NCBI GenBank assembly: GCA_003243955.1
Contig: QHCE01000043.1
Span: forward strand, 5,475-69,474
Source of the DNA: Acidimicrobiales bacterium
GTDB lineage: Bacteria; Actinomycetota; Actinomycetes; Mycobacteriales; QHCE01
Length of the DNA stretch: 64,000 nt
Direction of reading: 5' to 3'
Part shown: piece by piece, positions 59,607-64,000 of the stretch
Layout: every line of letters starts with the position of its first letter
Position numbering within the stretch: position 1 is the stretch's first letter
Notes under the pieces: generated by a model
The model's database searches: none
Told to the model about the DNA's origin: nothing
The model's input: only the letters and a program-made list of their open reading frames with translations
Program-made: the position numbers and the translations under genes

Positions 59607-60770
59607 CTACTTTCGGCGGGATTTTCTCTTTCCCGTTCCGCTGGGTGCATTGGAACTCCGCGGAGCGGCGTAACCTTCTGAGTACTGGGTCGTGACTTTT
59701 TCCGGGTCATCCGGTAGGCCAAGGGCTTCGATCAAATTTGGCACAATCTTGGTTGGTGGCGCTATTTCCCCCGATTGATACCGTGAGAAAGTCGATGGAG
59801 CGATTCCCAGTTTTCCAGCCACTGAGGTAGCGGTCCTGCCACCACGTTTCAGAGCTGCCTTGATCCAATTCCCCATGTGCCCAGCGGGAAGAACCCTCGA
59901 CTGGCTCGGGGTTAACTGTCTCACTGGCGGAACAACAGCGAGCTGAGCATCGAACTCATCCTGCCCGAGACGCCGAATCGCTTCGGGCGCCAGCGTCTCT
60001 ATCAGAGCGCTCACTTCTGGCGGAGGTCCAACACGCCCTAATTCATAGCCAGAAAGCATTGCGGCGCCGCATCCGAGCAGCTCCGCGCATTCCTTTTGAC
60101 TCAAACCCAAAGCCCGTCGGATCACCCCAATACGATGCCCTTGTGTCCGGTACGCCAGCGATTGCGACAAGCGCTTACCTCGAGGAACCGATCTTCTATT
60201 CAAGTTCGCGATATGCCCTGGTCTACCGTGACCGTGGGGATATCGCTCCTTAACTTGCTCCACAGCTTCCATGACCTGTTTCGCCGTAAGCGACGGTTTC
60301 GTGGCTTTGACAATTCGGCGTATGACTTCCTCTGGTACGTCCGACTTTCTGCTCCGATATCGGGATAGCTGCGAAGCGGAGATTTTGATGATTCCCGCCA
60401 GCTCTTCCGCGGTCATCCCGCTATCGCCTAAGGTTTCATGGATCCAACGGGCCGCATATCCTGCCGACGGGGTCCTCGTCCGTGAATAACCTCGCCGCGG
60501 TTGCGGAGCCGGGACATCGGCTAACCTAACAGCGAATTCCTCTTGGCCGATTCTGGCTATCACAAGCCCGGCAAGGTAATTGATTGTGGCTACCGTCTCG
60601 GGATGTAGGGGTATTTTGCCGGATTCATATCGCGACACAGTTGCGGCATCGCGACCAAAGAACGCACCGAAAGGGCCTTGCTTTAGGTCCATAGCTTGAC
60701 GGATGACTCGGACGCGATGACCCAGGCGGCTATCCCCCCTGTTAGCCATCGGCGTAGAGGGCTGCGTCAC
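59607..60770 (-). CDS. Four-HTH (XRE-type) protein built from an internally duplicated two-HTH module
   Basis: Residues 17-160 and 210-352 align unit for unit (GHRVRVIRQA../GHRIGVIRRA.., ..GQEEFAVRLADVP/..GQDEFDAQLAVVP, AGYAARWIHE../AGHMGNWIKA..). The GTG start overlaps the ABC gene stop (GTGA). Confidence 0.8.
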   Translation of the reverse strand: MTQPSTPMANRGDSRLGHRVRVIRQAMDLKQGPFGAFFGRDAATVSRYESGKIPLHPETVATINYLAGLVIARIGQEEFAVRLADVPAPQPRRGYSRTRTPSAGYAARWIHETLGDSGMTAEELAGIIKISASQLSRYRSRKSDVPEEVIRRIVKATKPSLTAKQVMEAVEQVKERYPHGHGRPGHIANLNRRSVPRGKRLSQSLAYRTQGHRIGVIRRALGLSQKECAELLGCGAAMLSGYELGRVGPPPEVSALIETLAPEAIRRLGQDEFDAQLAVVPPVRQLTPSQSRVLPAGHMGNWIKAALKRGGRTATSVAGKLGIAPSTFSRYQSGEIAPPTKIVPNLIEALGLPDDPEKVTTQYSEGYAAPRSSNAPSGTGKRKSRRK

Positions 60771-62635
60771 GGCACGCTAACCACTGCGAATTGGGCCGCG
60801 TACAGCTCGTTGTACAACCCACCTTCGGCTAGAAGCTGCTCGTGGGTGCCCCGCTGCGCGATCCGCCCATCGTCGACCACCAGAATCTGGTCAGCACCCC
60901 GAATAGTGGAGAGCCGGTGGGCGATCACTAGCGCGGTACGGTCGGCCAACGCCTCCTCCAGCGCCCGCTGCACCGCTAGCTCGGATTCTGAATCCAGATG
61001 TGAGGTAGCTTCGTCGAGAATCACAATGGACGGCGACTTGAGCAGCAGCCTCGCGATGGCCAGGCGCTGCTTCTCCCCACCGGAGAGCCGATAGCCGCGC
61101 TCCCCCACTACCGTGTTGAGTTTGTCGGGAAGAACACGCACCATATCAGCAATCTGAGCACGGCCAAGCGCTTCCCATATCTGCTCGGCGCTGGCGTGCG
61201 GCGCCGCATATCGCAGGTTTGCCTCAATCGTGTCGTGGAACATGTGGGGGTCTTGCGAAACCACGCCGATGCTGCCTCGCAGTGATTCTTGAGTTACATC
61301 TCGCACATCCAGGCCATCGAGGAGTATCGCGCCGCCGGTGACGTCGTACAGCCGAGGTACCAGCTGCGCGATGGTGGTCTTTCCCGCGCCCGAGGGGCCT
61401 ACTAGCGCGATGATTTGGCCCGGTTCGGCCAGGAAACTCACCCCGCGCAGCACCGGCCGGTTCGAGGTACGGTCAAGAATCGCGACGTCCTCCAGCGAAG
61501 CCAGCGATACCTCTTTTGCTGTGGGGTAGGTGAATTGCACGTCGTTAAATTCGATCCGTCTGGCGCCCAAAGGTAGCTTTTTTGCGCCAGGCTTATCCGT
61601 CACCATCGGTGGCAGATCCAGTACTTCGAATACGCGCTCGAATGACACCAGCGCACTCATCACGTCCACCCGCACGTTCGACAGCGCAGTAAGCGGCCCA
61701 TACAACTGGGCCAGCAGCAACGCCAGCGCGACCACCGTGCCGGCATTGAGCTGGCCGTCAAACGCTAGCCACCCACCCAGGCCGTACACCAGTGCCTGTG
61801 CCAGGGCGGCCACCAGCGTCAACGCAATGAAGAACATTCTGCTGTACAGCGCAGACTGCACACCGATATCGCGCACTCGAGTGGCGCGTTTACCAAATGA
61901 TTGATTCTCCTCATCCGCGCGCCCGAACAACTTCACCAACATGGCACCGGAAACGTTGAACCGCTCGGTCATGGTGGTGTTCATCGACGCGTTGAGTTGC
62001 AGCTGTTCCCGGGTAATAGCTTGTAGCTTGCGCCCAAACCAGCGAGCTGGCAGCACGAAAACCGGTACTAGTATCAACGACAGCAGCGTGATCTGCCAGC
62101 TCAGCGTGGCCATCACGCCCACGGTCACGATCAGTGCGATGAAGTTAGAGCCGACACCCGATAATGTGCCGGTAAACGCCCGCTGCGCTCCGATCACGTC
62201 GTTGTTCAGACGAGAGATCAACGCGCCGGTCTGCGTCCGGGTGGAAAACGCTATCGGCATACCGAGCACATGATCGAAAACTTTGCGGCGCAGATCCAGA
62301 ATCAAGCTCTCCCCAATGCGGGAGCTGTACCAACGCTCAGCCATGGATAGCACGGCAGCCAGTAGCGCCAAGCCCGCAATGACGGCGGCAATGGTCACCA
62401 CCAGACCGCGGTCGCGGTGTTGCACGATGGCGTTGACCACCCGGCCAGCTAGCACTGGAGTTGCCACCGAGGCTAGCGCGGCGGCGGCCAAAATTACGAA
62501 CATCACGATCAGTTGCCGGCGGTATGGCTTCGCATACTCTAAAACCCGGCGCACGGTGACCTTGGATACCGCTTGATTGGCCACCACTGAATCGTCGCGG
62601 TACGCCATGCGCCGAAGCGATGAATGACCCATCAT
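60767..62635 (-). CDS. ABC exporter, fused permease/ATPase (MsbA-like half transporter)
   Basis: 622 aa with six N-terminal TM segments. Walker A GPSGAGKTT, signature LSGGEKQRLAIARLL, Walker B IVILDEATSHLD. Confidence 0.9.
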   Translation of the reverse strand: MMGHSSLRRMAYRDDSVVANQAVSKVTVRRVLEYAKPYRRQLIVMFVILAAAALASVATPVLAGRVVNAIVQHRDRGLVVTIAAVIAGLALLAAVLSMAERWYSSRIGESLILDLRRKVFDHVLGMPIAFSTRTQTGALISRLNNDVIGAQRAFTGTLSGVGSNFIALIVTVGVMATLSWQITLLSLILVPVFVLPARWFGRKLQAITREQLQLNASMNTTMTERFNVSGAMLVKLFGRADEENQSFGKRATRVRDIGVQSALYSRMFFIALTLVAALAQALVYGLGGWLAFDGQLNAGTVVALALLLAQLYGPLTALSNVRVDVMSALVSFERVFEVLDLPPMVTDKPGAKKLPLGARRIEFNDVQFTYPTAKEVSLASLEDVAILDRTSNRPVLRGVSFLAEPGQIIALVGPSGAGKTTIAQLVPRLYDVTGGAILLDGLDVRDVTQESLRGSIGVVSQDPHMFHDTIEANLRYAAPHASAEQIWEALGRAQIADMVRVLPDKLNTVVGERGYRLSGGEKQRLAIARLLLKSPSIVILDEATSHLDSESELAVQRALEEALADRTALVIAHRLSTIRGADQILVVDDGRIAQRGTHEQLLAEGGLYNELYAAQFAVVSVP

Positions 62636-62972
62636 CCAGATGTCTCCTGGGATTTTTACAGCTCTACGTTGAGCAACCCCAAGCCGGCAGTATAACTTCC
62701 CGTGTGACCAGACTCAGCCGCAGGTCAGTTTCGAACTTAGGACTCACCGATCCACCGCCGGGTAGGTCAACTGTCCGTCCTTGACGTGCAGGTGTTTGTG
62801 CAACACGGCAGGCTTCACCACCGTCATCGACATGATGTCCACAACCTCCACACCCGATACCCGATTACTACCCACTCTGTTGATCGACAGAACCAGCCGC
62901 GGGTACCACTTAAGGGCTGACTGGTCATTATCAACCTAGCCACTGACCAAAGGTTGGATTAGAATAACGGTC

Positions 62973-63248
62973 ATGCGAACCTTTCCGTTATCTGAAGCTA
63001 AAACTCACCTTTCCGAGATCGTCGAGGAGGCCGAAAATACCCATGAGCGGGTCACTATCACCAAACATGGCCATCCCGCGGTGGTACTGGTCTCCGCCGA
63101 TGATCTAGACGCGCTAGAGGAAACCCTGCATTGGCAATCCGTCCCGAATATTCGCAAGCGGATATCTGAAGCCGAGGTCGCGATTGAGGACGGCGAGGTG
63201 TACTCCACCAACCAGGTGCGCAACGAACTTGGGTTCCCACTGCGGTGA
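62973..63248 (+). CDS. Phd/YefM-family antitoxin
   Basis: MRTFPLSEAKTHLSEIVEEAENTHERVTITKHGHPAVVLVSADDLDALEETLHW. Confidence 0.85.
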   Translation: MRTFPLSEAKTHLSEIVEEAENTHERVTITKHGHPAVVLVSADDLDALEETLHWQSVPNIRKRISEAEVAIEDGEVYSTNQVRNELGFPLR

Positions 63249-63520
63249 GTAACCGCTATACCGTCGAAATAAGCGCCCCGGCCTTTCGTGACCTGCAACG
63301 CATTCCACGAAAGGTTGCTGAGGCCATTCTAGCTTTCTGCGATAGTCTGCTGACGGAAAATCCTCGACGAGTCGGAAAGCCACTTCGTGGTGAGTACGCT
63401 GGGCGTTTCAGCGCTCGCCGTGGCGACTATCGCGTGATGTATTCCATCACAGAAGAACTTAAGAAAGTGCGGGTGCTCGTCATCGATCACCGCTCTCAGG
63501 TGTACCGCTCTGGTCGATGA
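63245..63520 (+). CDS. RelE/ParE-family toxin
   Basis: 91 aa. ..NPRRVGKPLRGEYAGRFSARRGDYRVMYSI..VRVLVIDHRSQVY. 4-nt overlap with the antitoxin gene. Confidence 0.85.
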   Translation: MSNRYTVEISAPAFRDLQRIPRKVAEAILAFCDSLLTENPRRVGKPLRGEYAGRFSARRGDYRVMYSITEELKKVRVLVIDHRSQVYRSGR

Positions 63521-64000
63521 GTGAGGTTGAGCCAGCGGTTACGACGGAGCTGGCAAGGTGGCGCTGTAGCCATGAAACCGTGTGTCGATCGGCTTTGGCC
63601 GCATGAGCGGTTTGTGGGGCAGGCTCGACGCCAGGCTCCTCAGCTAGGGCATGCGCCATGCCCGGTATCAGCATAAGCTGAACCCTCGCGGGATCCACAT
63701 ACTGTTTGGCCAGCTCCTGGCACATCCGTGTAGCCGGTGTGCGGATAGCGTCTCGGTCATCATCCTCGCCGACCACGAGAAGTATCGCGGGCTGGCTTGG
63801 CAGAGCGATCTCCTGGACGCGGGCCACAAAGTCCAACCTGTGAGCTATCGCCAGCGATGGTTGCGACCAGGGGTAGGTAATGCCAAAGTGGCGGCCCAGT
63901 GCCTCTACGACTGGATGCAGTTGCACCAGCGGACTGACAAGCACGGCGGCGGCAATCTCGACGTCGCTTTCGGCGATGACAAGCTGAGCGACCGCAGCAC
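63480..64000 (-). CDS. Alpha/beta-hydrolase-like protein, 5-prime end outside window
   Basis: The frame stays open to the window edge. ..AILLVVGEDDD..MLIPGMAHAL resembles the C-terminal Asp/His part of a hydrolase fold. Its 3-prime end overlaps the convergent toxin gene by 41 nt. Confidence 0.5.
   Translation of the reverse strand, partial: AAVAQLVIAESDVEIAAAVLVSPLVQLHPVVEALGRHFGITYPWSQPSLAIAHRLDFVARVQEIALPSQPAILLVVGEDDDRDAIRTPATRMCQELAKQYVDPARVQLMLIPGMAHALAEEPGVEPAPQTAHAAKADRHTVSWLQRHLASSVVTAGSTSLIDQSGTPESGDR

Noticed and set aside
62700-62905. Minus-strand frame reading ..LKWYPRLVLSINRVGSNRVSGVEVVDIMSMTVVKPAVLHKHLHVKDGQLTYPAVDR-stop, between the ABC gene and the Phd/RelE module.
   Set aside because: It has no start codon or ribosome-binding site, is about 60 codons long, and no family is recognised. 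It may be a gene remnant but cannot be supported as a feature.
1-64000. Search for CRISPR arrays, tRNA, rRNA, tmRNA and intact IS elements or transposases.
   Set aside because: No regularly spaced direct repeats, no T-loop GGTTCGAATCC-type motifs with cloverleaf context, no rRNA-like segments and no transposase ORFs were seen. The only recombinase is the decayed resolvase at 24405-24790. This was a visual scan only.

Overview
The window is high-GC Actinomycetota chromosome. The taxon call rests on four things: a pgsA-like/gcvH/garA/MerR/DUF151/MerR/gcvP block colinear with M. tuberculosis Rv1822-Rv1832, rbpA, an Lnt-Ppm1 fusion like Rv2051c, and a mycothiol-type TIGR03085 protein. Core metabolism makes up most of the sequence: glycine cleavage, gluABCD-like transporter, pabB-like, def, pepQ-like, bioB, pyrD, bioY, hisA/hisF and acnA. 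Several accessory or decaying patches interrupt it.

1. 19.4-26.4 kb: a mazF remnant and a 4.1-kb insertion bounded by an exact 55-bp direct repeat. The insertion carries a GC-rich DHA2 MFS pump, VOC, a small RHH gene absent from the ORF track, a cupin and a decayed serine recombinase. It sits next to vapBC and a LuxR gene whose decayed partial copy lies inside the left end of the insertion.
2. 42.8-51 kb: yefM-yoeB translationally coupled to hisA, a small secreted Cys-rich peptide gene, brnTA and three pseudogenes (methyltransferase, GNAT, MFS).
3. 55.2-60.8 kb, the most unusual locus: a 1472-aa ORF that looks like about a dozen degenerate XRE-type helix-turn-helix units with no visible enzymatic domain and a roughly 39% GC core. 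It converges on a 387-aa protein made of an internally duplicated two-HTH module, which is itself translationally coupled to an ABC exporter. I could not assign this pair to any described system, and I rank it as the best candidate for something new.

I saw no tRNA, rRNA or CRISPR array. All calls come from reading the translations and sequence by eye; no database search was run.
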